A DNA stretch of 61,723 nt, filler included, from Chiloscyllium plagiosum (GCF_004010195.1; 4 parts of one record of this genome joined end to end with filler, not necessarily neighbours in it); one strand, 5' to 3'; numbered from the whole stretch's first letter, positions 13,375 through 25,793 are shown. The notes: a model not told the origin generated them from the letters alone. Numbers and translations are program-made.

Positions 13375-13484
13375 CCGAAACGTCGATTTTACTGCTCCTC
13401 GGATGCTGTCTGAGCTGCTGTGCTCTTCCAGCACCGTCCGAATCCAGAATCTGGTTTCCAGCATCTGCAGTCATTGTTTTTACC
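13375..13484 (+). mobile_element. 110-bp PLE family A mini-insertion with 12-bp TSD
   Basis: TSD ctgttagcatgt / ctgtcagcatgt; begins at ccGAAACGTC, inside the hammerhead motif. Confidence 0.85.
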
Positions 13485-15671
13485 CTGTCAGCATGTGGCA
13501 ATCTGTAGGAAAAAGGTCGGGACTGGGGACCCCAGTCAGGGAAGTGTTCATCACTACCTGATGGCTTTGGCTTAGGGAGCTGCCTCTTTCAGATATGGCC
13601 GGTGGAAATTAATAAGGAAAGAAGGCAGGCTCAGTAAATTTCTCACCCCGCAGTTTTGAAATGACCAGTGGAAATTATTTATAACAGAGGAAGGAGTCAT
13701 AAGGTAAAATGGGACAGTCCTTCTATGTAGTTTGGAAGGGGCACAATCTGTGGGAAAATACCTGATCAGGAAAATGGTGATAGGGGTTGTAGGCCTCTAT
13801 GAGAGATTGGTCATTTTGCTAAGTTTTCATATACAAATTAAAGGATATCCAATTTGAATTTTTGAGCGATTTTGTGATGGTATGTGTGGTGAAAGTTTTT
13901 TCATTTGACTGATAATTTGATTCCAAAACTATGACTTAGCTAATGACTTTTAATTGTGACTGCATTAAAACAATTGACCAGGCTGCCAGGGTTTAGCCCT
14001 GTCTGTGTGGATTTTGTGTTGTTTGTTCTTTGGTTCTGGTTTGTTTGCTTACAGAACACTGGGCTGAACTCTAAAATGCCAGAGAAAGGCTGCCCCTGGG
14101 GACATCCTTAATCTAAACCTAACATTGAGGGGAATCACCTCAGATTTTAACATTTGTTCATTAAGTAGAGGAATTACAGTGAACTCTGTTTTACACTCTA
14201 TATAGTTTCATTAAAAAAATTGTAAAGGTGGATCTGGATATACCAAATCAAAAACATCGTTTTCAGAAAATGATGCTGGTTGAATTGAATCTTTGTTTCA
14301 GACTTGTTTGCCTCTGCTTAATTTTAAGACTGTTGCATCTCCTTTGTCAGTATGGAGTGCCATTCTATGGCAATTTCCCTTCCTCACTGAGAACTGAAGT
14401 GTCAGTTCAACATTATCTTGCAAAAAAAAACATGTAACAAAAGTAAAGATACTGTTCTAAATAGGTGCCTTTTGGGTTAGTCATTATTTGTGCATATTAG
14501 GCATCTTGACAAGACTTTTATTAGTACTGCCACAGTCATTTCACAGCCTAGGACATTATAAATAAGCAATAACTGATCAGAACTGCTTGGAAAAAAAAAC
14601 AAATTGGGATTTAAATTGAAAGACTAGAACCAGGTAATTATAATGGAGTTTAGATTTGGAAACTGTGCACATTCTACATTATAGCACTGGATTTCTGTTA
14701 AATAAATTTCCAGTTTATGTTGAAGAATCTTAACAAAACTCCTACTGGATAGGAAAAGACTTGTAATTTGGTCAGCTGAGTGGGGTATGCATGTAATTGA
14801 ACTATCCTGCTACAATTTCATATAGTACACCAAGCAGGTTTGAATAATTTCTGTGACTTTGAAATCTGTTTGTTCGTTCATATTATTTTGCAGTGTGATG
14901 CCTATTCACTTGTTCAGTTTCCATCTCTCATTAAATATACATATTACTCAATATTTTAAAACAATTTGTACGATCCTGAACTGCATTATCACAGTTAGTT
15001 AGTTAATTAATTACTTGGCACATTGTCAGGGATCTGTGTTATTGCCTCATGGTTACTTTAAAGCATGGCTGCACTGATTAATGTTCAATTGGTGACAGAA
15101 GTTAGGGCAATATGAGGAAACTTGTAGGTAGCATTGAAGTGAGGAACCATTAAGGGAAAGTGAGACTTTGTGTTCCTCATGCAAAGCACTGGCACTGAAA
15201 AAGAAGGTTGAATAACCTTCTTTGTGGTAACCACCTTTATTTTTACTCAATAAGGTTGCCTAGGAGTAGGACAAATCTAATTGATGGGATTCCTTGCACG
15301 ACTATTTCTGGACAGTATGGAGGCAATACATCTCTTTAGCTGTTGAAATTGAATGTATTAATGACATGTTTTTAAAAAAAATGGAATAGGAGAAACAGCA
15401 TAAAGAAGCTAAAGCTGAATAAGATAAACAAGAGGGGCTAAAGTAACAAGCGGTAGACAGAACCTAAGCACTTCTCGGGATGCCAAGCTCAGGTCTATCA
15501 TACCAACCCTGTTTGAGGAGGGAGAGAATAATACCAAGGTAGAGGGGGAATGGGGATGTCACCCTAGTTCACCGGTGCCTCCCATTGAGCCACCTATGAC
15601 TCCGTCCCCGCTGCTGTACCCGAGTCCCTGTATAGCTGATCGGGTTAAGATGCTCTCTAGGAAACCAGCAG

Positions 15672-15797
15672 TGGGAGAAAGTGAGGACTGCAGATGCTGG
15701 AGACCAGAGTTGAAAAATGTGGTGCTGGAAAAACACAGCAGGCCAGACAGCATCCGAGGAGCAGGAGAATCGACGTTTCAGGCATAAGCCCTTCTTA
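15672..15797 (-). mobile_element. PLE family A mini-insertion at the ERV gag/RNase H junction
   Basis: gggagaaagtgaggactgcagatgctgg...ggcataagcccttctt; no TSD. Confidence 0.85.
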
Positions 15798-15804
15798 CCA
15801 TCAG

Positions 15805-17450
15805 CCCTTCTGCCAATATTTATGCAGACTCTCGCTATGCTTTCAGCGTTGCCCATGACCATGGTGCTTTTTGGGAGCATAGGGGATTTTGAACCTCCAC
15901 GGGGCAACCCATTAATAACGCTGTTTTTGTGCATAATCTTTTACAGGCCTCGCAGTTGCTGTTCAGCCTAGCGATGATCAAATGTTCAACTTACACTGGT
16001 GCCGCTGACAATCTCCAATGTCTAAGCGCAAGTAGATGCAGCCGCCAAGCAGGCAGCCTTACATCCAGCTTTCCTGGTTCTTTTGGGCTCACAGAAACAC
16101 CTCGTTGCAAAATGTATGAGGATGGATATGCCAGACCTGGGTGAGATATGTCACTTACCGGGAGACATCCCTGCAGAGGAACCCAGACTGTGGATCACAG
16201 ATGGGGTGCATCCTTGAAGTTCATACCAAACTGTGGGACAGGTCTGTGTTCCTTCTTTGCTTTGACCAATCTTGGTGGATTATGTACTTAACTGTACATA
16301 CCTAGGCAAGGAGGGAATGGTCAGCACCAAGAAGGAGGCCATCTGGGTTGTACGTTTTTGGAACTAGTCCTCCTGGGAGCAGATGCAGGAACCCAGACTG
16401 TGGATCACAGATGGGGTGCATCCTTGATGTTCATACCAAACTGTGGGACAGGTCTGTGTTCCTTCTTTGCTTTTACCAATCTTGGTGGATTATGTACTTA
16501 ACTGTACATACCTAGGCAAGGAGGGAATGGTCAGCACTTTGCTACAAACCTGGTTGCACCCTGATTCCCAAAACAATGGCTGAGAAACTAACCAAATAAT
16601 GCTTGATCCGCAAAAAGACAAATGCTGGAAAAGGGATGCCCTGCAGTTCTGGGACTACTCCCTTGCCCGATGGGCCTTTCAATTGTCTACAACTAGATTT
16701 CATAGAATTACCCAGGGTACAATGTTATAAGTATTGTTTGGAAATTGTAGATATCTTCAGCGGATGGATTGAGGCAATCCAGACAAGGGACAATACGGCT
16801 GCAACAGTGGTAAAAATATTGTCGAGAGAAATAATTCCCCAGGGACAATAAGCTCAGACAATGGGCCACAGTTCATGACTAAAGTTAACCAGGGGATCTG
16901 CAGGGAACTAGCAATAAAACACCCATTCCACTGCACTCACCACTCAAAAGCGGCTGGAGTGATGGAATGGGAAAATGGTACCCAAAAAAAAAAATTAGCT
17001 GGCGAAGCTAAAACAGGAAACAGGCCTAAGTTGGTTGAAGGTCCTACCTTTGGCCCTGTTGCATATGAGGGTTACCCCTTCAAGCAAAACCGGTCTGTCT
17101 CCTGCTAAGGTGGTTTACGGGAAGCTCATGAGGACCTGGAATAGTCTGACCTCCCCTCCCTAAAAGACTAGATATGAAAACCCTGAGTGAGGAGGTGGGA
17201 GCTAACCAAAACTCTCCAATGTTTGCATTCGCAGGTACACCAGGCTTACCAAGAAAGTGACAATCTGCCTGAAGGGACTTCTCCACTGACGAGCCAGGGG
17301 ACTTCGTCCTGATAAAGGATTGGGAACTAAAGAAGCTGGGACCAAGATGGAAAGGACTGTTCTGGGTGCTGCTGACCACTTCCATGGCTGTGAAAGTACA
17401 AGAGCAGCCCTGATGGATACAAAGAACTGACTGCAAAAGAGTCAACGTGG
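15805..17450 (+). pseudogene. pol: ERV pol 3' half: RNase H and integrase
   Basis: ANIYADSRYAFSVAHDHGAFWEHRGF; PFNCLQLDFIELP...VDIFSGWIEAI; SSDNGPQF; WLKVLPLALLHMR; PGDFVLIK...LGPRWKG. Confidence 0.92.
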
Positions 17451-17469
17451 AAGCAGACAGCTAAGGACA

Positions 17470-18986
17470 AGGATGTTTTCCATACTTGTGATCTTGGTGA
17501 CTTTGGGAAATGGGGTCTTGAGAAATAGATGGATCCCAAATTGACACCCCTCAACACCTGTGGGCGGCACGGTGGCACAGTGGTTAGCACTGCTGCCTCA
17601 CAGCGCCAGAGACCCGGGTTCAATTCCCGCCTCAGGTGACTGACTGTCTGGAGTTTGCACATTCTCCCCGTGTCTGCGTCGGTTTCCTCCGGGTGCTCCG
17701 GTTTCCTCCCACAGTCCAAAAATGTGCAGGTCAGGTGAATTGGCCATGCTAAGTTGCCCATAGTGTTAGTTGCAGAGGTAAATGTAGGGGAATGGGTCTG
17801 GGTGGGTTGCGCTTCGGCGGGTCGGTGTGGACTTGTTGGGCCGAAGGGCCTGTTTCCACACTGTAAAGTAATCTAATCTAATCTAATAATACCATTTTTC
17901 ACCTAGCCTATCAGACAGCCCGCATAATGGGGAGAGACACCCACTGCTGAGTATGTGTCCACATGCCACCCCACTCGGTGGGAGGAATCCCTTTGTGGCC
18001 CATACCTTTTCACTGGCACGAACTAACCGAATGGCTACTGCGTCCAAGCCCCTCCGGTGACCTGGCTAACACTGATGACACACGAGTGGCAGTTGGCAGG
18101 GTATCACCCTAATTACAACCAATGGCATAGGCCTCCCTCCCTTGTAGTTCTCAACAATACCATCGACTACCCTATCTGCTTCAGGCAGGAAGGGAAGCCC
18201 ACCAAAGGTACTTATGTGGTAATGAGTGAATGCTCCTCTACCATCCTCTGGGTCGAACGTATCCAGAACTTAACTGAATATGTGTACTTTATGTTTGATT
18301 GGCCCACCGTACCCAGTAGAACCTCGGGCCACATCTGAAACAATCCTGCTCTCAGGCTGTTGGGGCGAGGGGTGCCTTTTCCACCCTGACAGCTTACAAT
18401 GGCACATACTTCATTTTCAGGTTGAAATCCCGCTTCCCTCAGATTGGGAAGTGTTGTGATACTTGGAATACGTTGTACCTCGCATTCGAGGTTTGGGCAA
18501 CCTGCCCTCATCCACAAGATCCAGAAGGTCCCTTGCCAGATTCCTCACTTGGGTGGGAATGTTCTCTTCCCTCGACAGGAATCTCTTTACACTCCCAAGA
18601 TCTTTAGCCAGCTCAAGACTGAATGGGAAAGGGTCACCAATGATACCACTAGTACCCTAACTGAAATTAACACAGAACTACTTGCAGTTAGAACTGTGAC
18701 CCTCAAGAATCAATTGGCACTGGCTTTCCTGCTGGCCAAGGAGGGTGGCACCTGTGTTATTGTTGGGGCAGAGTGCTGCACTAACATCACTGACCTCTCG
18801 AAACACACCACATGGGAAATCCAGACTGTCCAAACTACCAACAAGGGGTTCAGCGATGGCATGGGAGGGTGGTCACTAGGGGGCATTCTTGGAGGATTAG
18901 GAGGCCTGCTGGCATATTGGATTTGCAATACTAATTGTGATCTCCTGCATTCTCGTGCTCCAATGCTTATGGCCACTATTGTCTGA
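17470..18986 (+). pseudogene. env: ERV gamma-type env, disrupted by an HE1 SINE
   Basis: SU motif C*VC (CWVC) near 17945; TM immunosuppressive domain LKNQLALAFLLAKEGG followed by CX6CC (CVIVGAECC). Confidence 0.9.
17562..17886 (+). mobile_element. HE1-type tRNA-derived SINE
   Basis: ggtggcacagtggttagcac A-box, gggttcaattccc B-box, (aatct)n tail. Confidence 0.93.
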
Positions 18987-19209
18987 ATGTTTTCACAATG
19001 GGCTCTGAGGGCACCTGGTTGATCGTGAAATGTTCAAAATGAGGAAGTTAAAATGCCACAGAGGGGTCAGTTCCATGTTTTGCTTCTCTTTCAGGACACA
19101 TTGGGGACTCGAGTTAAACATTTCACTACCAAAGGACTTATTTCAGTATTAACTGAAAGCCTGTACTCTTACAATACAGACAGAACATCTCAGTAGAGGG
19201 GAGGCTGAC

Positions 19210-19761
19210 TGTATCTCAGAAATAGAGTCTAGTGGAGCCACACTTGTGAATTCCCCCTGTGGCAGACAGAGAGATTTGCCCTTTCCAGACAAAACTGATA
19301 GCCTTGGCTACAATCCTTTTAAACTGCCTTCCTCTCCCATTGCCTTACTTCCCCTCCATATTAGCATAGGTATGTGAATCCCCCATTTACAGCAGGCAAA
19401 ACCCTTCTGCCTTAGTCTCTTCCCATCAACACATAATCATGAATAATACAATGACCAGTTACTGTAATACATTCACACGTTGTCACAGGACATCGACATA
19501 CATCGGGCTCTGTAAATTCATAATTACCTCCTTTAAACTATGTGATGACAATCGCCCATCTGACTGATTAATCTTTTTTTAATCCTTGTAAAATGTACTG
19601 TCTCTGTGTAGGGCAGAGATTCATGGGGAAGTGTCATCATAAGTTAACACATGGTGACTTTGGGGACATTTTGAATCTATCGTTGGCTATCTGATAATAA
19701 AGCATCTGTCATTGTACAGAAACTTGTCGTCCGGGTTTGTGGAACAAAATATACATCAACA
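19210..19761 (+). mobile_element. ERV 3' LTR
   Basis: Purine tract agtagaggggagg just upstream; TG...CA ends; AATAAA near 19696; unrelated CR1 sequence starts right after. Confidence 0.7.
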
Positions 19762-19764
19762 CTA

Positions 19765-19930
19765 GGAGAAAGACCTTTGCTATTCATCTTATCTATGCTC
19801 CTCATGATTATATAAAACTCTATAAGGTCACACTTCAACTTCCTACGCTGCAGGGAAGAAGTCCCAGCTTACCCAGGTTCTCGTTATAACTCAAACCCTC
19901 TAGTCCAATAACAACCTTCACTGTCTCCAA
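19765..19930 (-). mobile_element. CR1 fragment
   Basis: ctcctcatgattatataaaactctataaggtcac is the reverse complement of the DLIEFYIIMR motif. Confidence 0.75.
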
Positions 19931-19937
19931 TTTAATA

Positions 19938-20143
19938 AAAGCTGAAAATGTGTTGCTGGAAAAGTGCAGCAGGTCAGGCAGCATCCAGGGAACAGGAGAA
20001 TCGACATTTCGGGCATAAGCCCTTCTTCAGGAATGAGGAAAGTTTGTCCAGCAGGCTAAGATAAAAGGTAGGGAGGAGGGACTTGGGGGAAGGGCGTCGG
20101 AAATGCGATAGGTGGAAGGAGGTCAAGGTGAGGGTGATAGGCC
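19938..20143 (-). mobile_element. Young PLE family A pLTR running into a gap
   Basis: Near-identical to 43330-43560 and 50866-51050. Confidence 0.88.
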
Positions 20144-20243
20144 NNNNNNNNNNNNNNNNNNNNNNNNNNNNNNNNNNNNNNNNNNNNTTAATTAATTAAN
20201 NNNNNNNNNNNNNNNNNNNNNNNNNNNNNNNNNNNNNNNNNNN

Positions 20244-20455
20244 AAGCTTATTGTATTATGGTCACTACTTCCCAATGGCTCTTTCACTTCGAGGTCCCTG
20301 ATCAATTCTGGTTCATTGCACAATACCAGATCCAGAATTGCCTTCTCCCTAATCGGCTCCAGCACCAGCTGTTCTAAGAATCCATCTCGGAGGCACTCCA
20401 CAAAGTCTCTTTCTTGAGGTCTAATACCATCCTGATTCTCCCAGTCTACCTGTAT
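20244..20455 (-). mobile_element. CR1 ORF2 APE endonuclease fragment
   Basis: DFVECLRDGFLEQLVLEPIREKAILDLVLCNEP...LGSSDHN. Confidence 0.9.
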
Positions 20456-20894
20456 CAGAAGGAAAGACACAAACTTCGAAATGAAAAAAAAATTGAAATG
20501 GAAAAAAGAAACAAACTTGGCAAATCTGGTACAAAGAAAGATAAAGATCAATAAAGGGGTAAAAGTGTTTGGGAAGATACGCCCAATAGTTGTCAATAAA
20601 ATAATGATAATAGATATCCATATTTTCTCAGTTTTTTTTGTTATGAAATGAAAGAGGTAATAGAACTCCATTAATGTATGTAAACCTTTGTGAGAATATG
20701 TTTAGGTATCAAATGTAAATTAACATAAAATTTGCATGTCTTTCCAGCCTCATTACCTTCAGCATAATTGATATCTCTTAACAACGCAACAAAGAAAATG
20801 AATTATCTAAATAAAGGATACAGGAGAGACTTACAAATGGACTTAAGTAAAAGCTGGGTAGACTAGAATTAATGATGATAAGTAACTTTCTAGG

Positions 20895-21030
20895 TTAAAA
20901 ATCACACAACACCAGATTACAGTCCAACAGGAAGCACTAGCTTTGCAAGTAAGCCTGTAGGACTATAACTTGGTGTTTTTTGATTTTTAACTCTGTCCAC
21001 CCCATTCCAACACTGGCACCTCCAAGTCAA
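20895..21030. mobile_element. Inverted pair of PLE family B 3' ends
   Basis: ttaaaaatcacacaacaccag...gcactagcttt, then the same sequence in opposite orientation; ctttctagg on both flanks. Confidence 0.7.
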
Positions 21031-21099
21031 AGCTTTCTAGGATATGTGTAAAGGAAATTTCATTGACTGGAAATCATCACCAGCAACCCATTGAATGGA

Positions 21100-21340
21100 C
21101 AAAGATTATCACTTGTGGAAGGCTGGGTTTAGGTGAGATGTCAGTGTTGGCTATGGGTTCACAAATGGCTTAAAAACTTTGACTTTGCCTGACAGACTCT
21201 TCCATGGTGAGATCATCTGTCTTAGGCTTGCTGACAAGATCCAACAAAGCGCAAAGCTTGAGGAAAGACACCTAATTTCTGCTTAGACATTTTACAGCCG
21301 CCAGTACTTAATATTGAATTTTATACTTCAGAGCCTGAAT
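21100..21340 (+). mobile_element. Old PLE endonuclease C-terminal relic
   Basis: Approximately KLEERHLI...LQPPVLNIEF. Confidence 0.5.
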
Positions 21341-22159
21341 AATGGTGTGTTCTTCATTTTAATTCCATTCTCCCACCTTTCTTCTCTCCACAGCCAGGTC
21401 TTAGTTGTGTCTGGTTTCCTTTATTCTAAACAGAACAATTGATTGAAGTTTCAGTATCTTGCTAAGTTATAATTCAGAATGTTTAATTGACAGAATTTAA
21501 AATCCACCATGACTCTGTTTAGTCTGGGCCTCTGGATTATCCAGTGACCATTGCTGTGAAGCAATTGTTTCTCCTCCATCCTCGAAGTCAATGGCAGTTG
21601 TTTCGAGATACATGGTTTCCAAGATATCTGAAGTGAGGGACATTTTCCAACACTTCAGCATGAATCTTAATTGAAGGAATGGGATTTAATATATAATGCA
21701 TCCTTGAGGGGATTTTGGTTCTCTTTGCTTTTTAGGGTACTGTTGTAGGCTTCTGTCAATATTTCAACCATTTGATATAATTCTTCTTTGGAATGAGCAT
21801 TAATTTATGTATTAAATATGATAAATATAATATAGGCACATAAGAATAGCCCCTTGATCCTGCTCCACCATTCTGGATCATTGCTAATCATCTAGTTCAA
21901 TATTGTTTCACTATCTTCACATCACTTGGTATCATTTGTAACTTGAATATAATTATGAGTTTCCACAGTCTTTTGCGATAGAGAATTCCAAAGAATTAAC
22001 ACCCCTGAGTGAAGAATTTCCTCCTCTTCTCACCTCGAAATGGCTTACCTTTAGTTCTGAAATTGTGTCCACGGGTTCTAAACTCCACAGCCAGGGAAAA
22101 CATCCTTTCTAGATCGACGTTGTCCATCCCTTCAAGAAGTTTGGAAGTTTCTATGAGAG

Positions 22160-25100
22160 AACATTTAGGAAAGAGGGATTCCGTTTCATGGGACATTGGT
22201 ATCAGTTTTGGAACCGGCGGGATCCGTACCAATGGGACGGTCTCCACCTGAACTGATCTGGAACCAGTTTGATAAATAGGGTGGTCATTAGGACTTTAAA
22301 CTTGTGATTTGGGATGGAAAGCAACAGTGAGTATGGAGTCAAGTAGAAAGATAAGCAGCAGGTTAGCATGTGTGCAGGGTTTAAGTTAAAGGCAGACTAG
22401 GAATGAAGCAAAAAGGGATGATAACTTAGGACATATTACGAGAGATGTTGGAAATCATCAGGATAAAAAAATTAGCATTGAGATGCTTTATCGAAATGCT
22501 CGTAGTATTCGTAACAAAGCAGATGAATTAATGGCACAAATCATCGTGAATGATTATGATGTGGTAGACATCGCAGAGACGTTGTTGCAGGGGGTTCAGG
22601 GCTGGCAGTTAAACATTCAAGGATTTATAATTTATTGAAAAGACAGAGAGAAGGGCAGACGGGGCGGAGTTGCCTTGTTAGTTAAGAATGAGATTAAATC
22701 TATGGCACTGATTGACATAGGGTCAGATAATATGGAGTCTGAGTGGGTGGAGTTGAGGAACCACAAAGGCATAAAAACCATAATGAGAGTTATGTACAGA
22801 CCTCCCAGCAGTGGTCAGGACACAAGGTGTACCAGGAAATAGATAAGGCATGTCAGAAAGGCAAGGTCACGGTGATCATGGGGGACTTCAATATGCAGGT
22901 GGACTGGGATCCAAAGAAAGGGAATTCATGGAATGCTTACAGGATGGCTTTTTGGAACAGCTTGTGATGGAGCCCACAAGGGAGCAGGCTATTCTGGACT
23001 TAGTTCTATGTAATGAACCAGACTTTATAAAAGATCTTAAAGTAAGGGAACACTTAGGAGGCAGCGATCATAATATGGTATAGTTCAATCTGCAGTTTGA
23101 AAGAGATAAGGCAAAATCAGATATAATGGTGTTACTGTTAAATAAAGGTAATTTTGAGGGCATGAGAGAGGAACTGACTAAAATCGACTGGAAGCAGAGC
23201 CTAGTAGGGAAGACAGTAGAGCAACAATGGCAGGAGTTTCTGGGTGTAATTGAGGACACAGTACAGAGGTTCATCCCAAAGAAAGATTATCCAGGGAGGG
23301 GATAGACAGCCATGGCTGTCAAAGGAAGTCAGGAAGTATATCAAAGAAAAAGCGAGAGCCTATAAAGTGGCCAAGAGCATTGGGAAATCAGAAGATTGGG
23401 AAGACTACAAAAATAAACAGAAGATAACACAGAGAGAAATAAGGAAGGAGAGGATCAAATATGAAGGTAAGCTAGCCAATAGTATTAGAAATGATAGTAA
23501 AAGTTTCTTTCAATACATAAGAAACAAACAAGAGGCAAAAGTAGAAATTGGGCTGCTCCAAATTGATGCTGGAATGCTAATGCTGGGAGATAAGGAAATA
23601 ACTGAAGAACTTAATAAGTACTTTGTGTCAGTCTTCATCGTGGAAGACATGAGTAATATCCCAACAATTAAGGAGAGTCAGGGCCCAGAGTTGAGTATAG
23701 TAGCCATTACAAAAGAGAAAGTGCTAGAAAAGCTAAAAGGTCTAAAAATTGATAAATCTCCTGGCCCCGATGGGCTACTTCCTAGAATCTTGAGGGAGGT
23801 GGTTGAGAAAATAGCGGACATGTTGGTTGTGATCTTTCAAAAATCACTGGAGTCAGGGAAAGTTCCCGGATGATTGGAAAATCGCTGTTGTAACCCCTTT
23901 GTTCAAGAAAGGATCACGACAAAAGATGGAAAATTATAGGCTGATTCTTGAAAGTGCAGGGTCAGATTAGAACAAGTCAGCATGGATTTAATAAGGGGAG
24001 GTTATGCCTGATAAACCTGTTAGAATTCTTTGAAGAGATGACAGGTAGGTTAGACCAGGAAAACTCAGTGGATGTTATCTATCAAGACTTCCAAAAGACC
24101 TATGATAAGGTGCCTCACGGGAAGTTGCTGAGTAAGGTGAGGGCCCATGGTGTTTGAGGTGAACTACTGGCATGGATTGGGGATTGGCTGTCTGACAGAA
24201 GGCAGAGAGTTGGGATAAAAGGTCCTTTTTCGGAATGGCAGCTGGTGACAAGTGGTGTCCCGCAGGGTTCAGTGTTGGGGCCGCAGCTGTTCACTTTATA
24301 TATTAATGATCTGGATGGAGGGACTGGGGGCATTCTGGCGAAGTTTGTCATTGATACGAAGTTAGGCGGACAGGCAGGTAGTACTGAGAAGGTGGGGAGG
24401 ATGCAGAAAGATTTAGACAGTTTAGGAGAGTGGTGTAGGAAATGGCTGAAGAAATTCAACATGAGCAGTGCGAGTCTAGATTAGAGTGGTGCTGGAAAAG
24501 CACAGCAGGTCAGGCAGCATCCGAGGAGCAGGAAAATCGACATTTCAGGCAAAAGCCCTTCATCATGAACAGTGCGAGGTCTTGCACTTTGGAAAAAAGA
24601 ATACAGGCATGGACTATCTTTTAAGTGGTAAGTGAGGAAATTCATAAAGCCAAAGTACAAAGGGATCTGGGAGTGCTAGTCCAGGATTCTCTAAAGGTTG
24701 ATTTGCAGGTTGAGTCTGTGATTAAGAAAGCAAATATAATGTTGTCACTTATCTCAAGAGGGTTAGAATATAAAAGCAGCGACGAGCTACTGAGACTTTA
24801 TAAAGCTCTAGTTGGGCCCCATTTAGAATACTGTGTCCAACTTTGGGCCCCACACCTCAGGAAGAACATACTGGCACTGGAGTGTGCCCAGCAGGGATTC
24901 ACACAGATGATCCCTGGAATGGTAGGCCTAACATACGATGATCGGCTGTGGATCCTGAGATTGTATTCATTGGAGTTTAGAAGGTTGAGGGGAGATCTAA
25001 TAGAAACTTACAAGATAATGCATGGCTTAGAAAGGATGGTTACTAGGAAGTTGTTTCCATTAGGCAGGGAGACTAGGATCCATGGGCACCACCTTAAATT

Positions 25101-25380
25101 TAGAGTGGGTCAATTTAGAATGGAAATGAGGAGACATTTCTTCAGCCAGAGTGTAGTGGGCCTGTGGAATTCATTGCCATGTAGCGCAGTGGAGGCCGGC
25201 ATGTTGGGTATCTTCAAGGCAGAGATTGATAAATTCTTGATCCTGCAAGGAATTAAGGGCTATGGGGAGAGTGCTGGTAAGTGGAATTGAAACGTCCATC
25301 AGTCATGATTGAATGGCGGAGTGGACTCGATGGGCCAAATGTCTTTGCTCCAATCCTATGTTTTATCGTCCTATGGTTTT
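22160..25380 (+). mobile_element. Long CR1 LINE: ORF1 esterase-like 3' end plus near-complete disrupted ORF2 (APE-RT)
   Basis: FRFMGHWYQFW...DGLHLN; NARSIRNK; MGDFN; SDHNMV; KSPGPDG; SGVPQGSVLGP; HLEYCVQLWAP; FFSQSVVGLWNSLP; tail cctatggttt. Confidence 0.95.
24475..24563 (-). mobile_element. 89-bp tail-less PLE family A mini-insertion in the CR1 RT region, 15-bp TSD
   Basis: TSD catgagcagtgcgag / catgaacagtgcgag. Confidence 0.88.
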
Positions 25381-25439
25381 ATTTCATTCTTTTAAACTCC
25401 AGAGCATATAGGCCAAATCTCCTCAATCGCTCCTTTTTA

Positions 25440-25793
25440 AAAATTAATTCAAAGTTGAGGTTGTCACTAAATAGGCCAGTATTTATAGCTGATCCTTAAA
25501 TGTTCAGAGGGCAGTTGAGAGTCAACTACATTGCTCTGAGTCTGGAGTCACATGTAGGCCAGATCAGGTAAGGATGGCAATTTCCTTCCCTAAAGGACAC
25601 CAGTGAACCAGATGAGTTTTTCCAGCAATCGACAATGGATTCATGGTCATCAATAGACTCTTCATTCCAGTTTTTTAAATTGACTTTAAATTGCACTATG
25701 AGCCATGGCATGATTCCAACCCAGGTCCCCAGTACATTACCTGGGTCTCTGGATTAACAGTCTACCGGTAACACCACTAGGGCATTGCCTCCC
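25440..25793 (-). mobile_element. tRNA-derived SINE (second family)
   Basis: Reverse complement of the 10942-11290 element. Confidence 0.75.

Larger units (their letters stand above)
15300..19761 (+). mobile_element. Decayed class-I (gamma/epsilon-like) endogenous retrovirus, 5' boundary uncertain
   Basis: Collinear Pro-rich gag-like piece, RNase H, integrase, env, PPT and 3' LTR; stops and frameshifts throughout. Confidence 0.9.

Noticed and set aside
8561..13484. CRISPR-like or tandem-array reading of recurring ~110-bp units
   Set aside because: Units are dispersed, occur on both strands and have individual TSDs, so they are retrotransposon ends.
14228..14285. Possible plus-strand exon (GSGYTKSKTSFSENDAG*)
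   Set aside because: Purine-rich, weak acceptor and no supporting partner exon.
17562..17640. tRNA-like sequences
   Set aside because: They are SINE heads attached to HE1 bodies and tails, not tRNA genes.
18444..18986. Domesticated syncytin-like env
   Set aside because: SU has stops, a SINE insertion and frameshifts; no furin site or fusion peptide is evident and the membrane anchor is frameshifted.
20188..20199. TTAATTAATTAA island between N runs (also near 51418 and 57066)
   Set aside because: Identical 12-mer centred in equal-sized N blocks; a scaffolding spacer, not biology.
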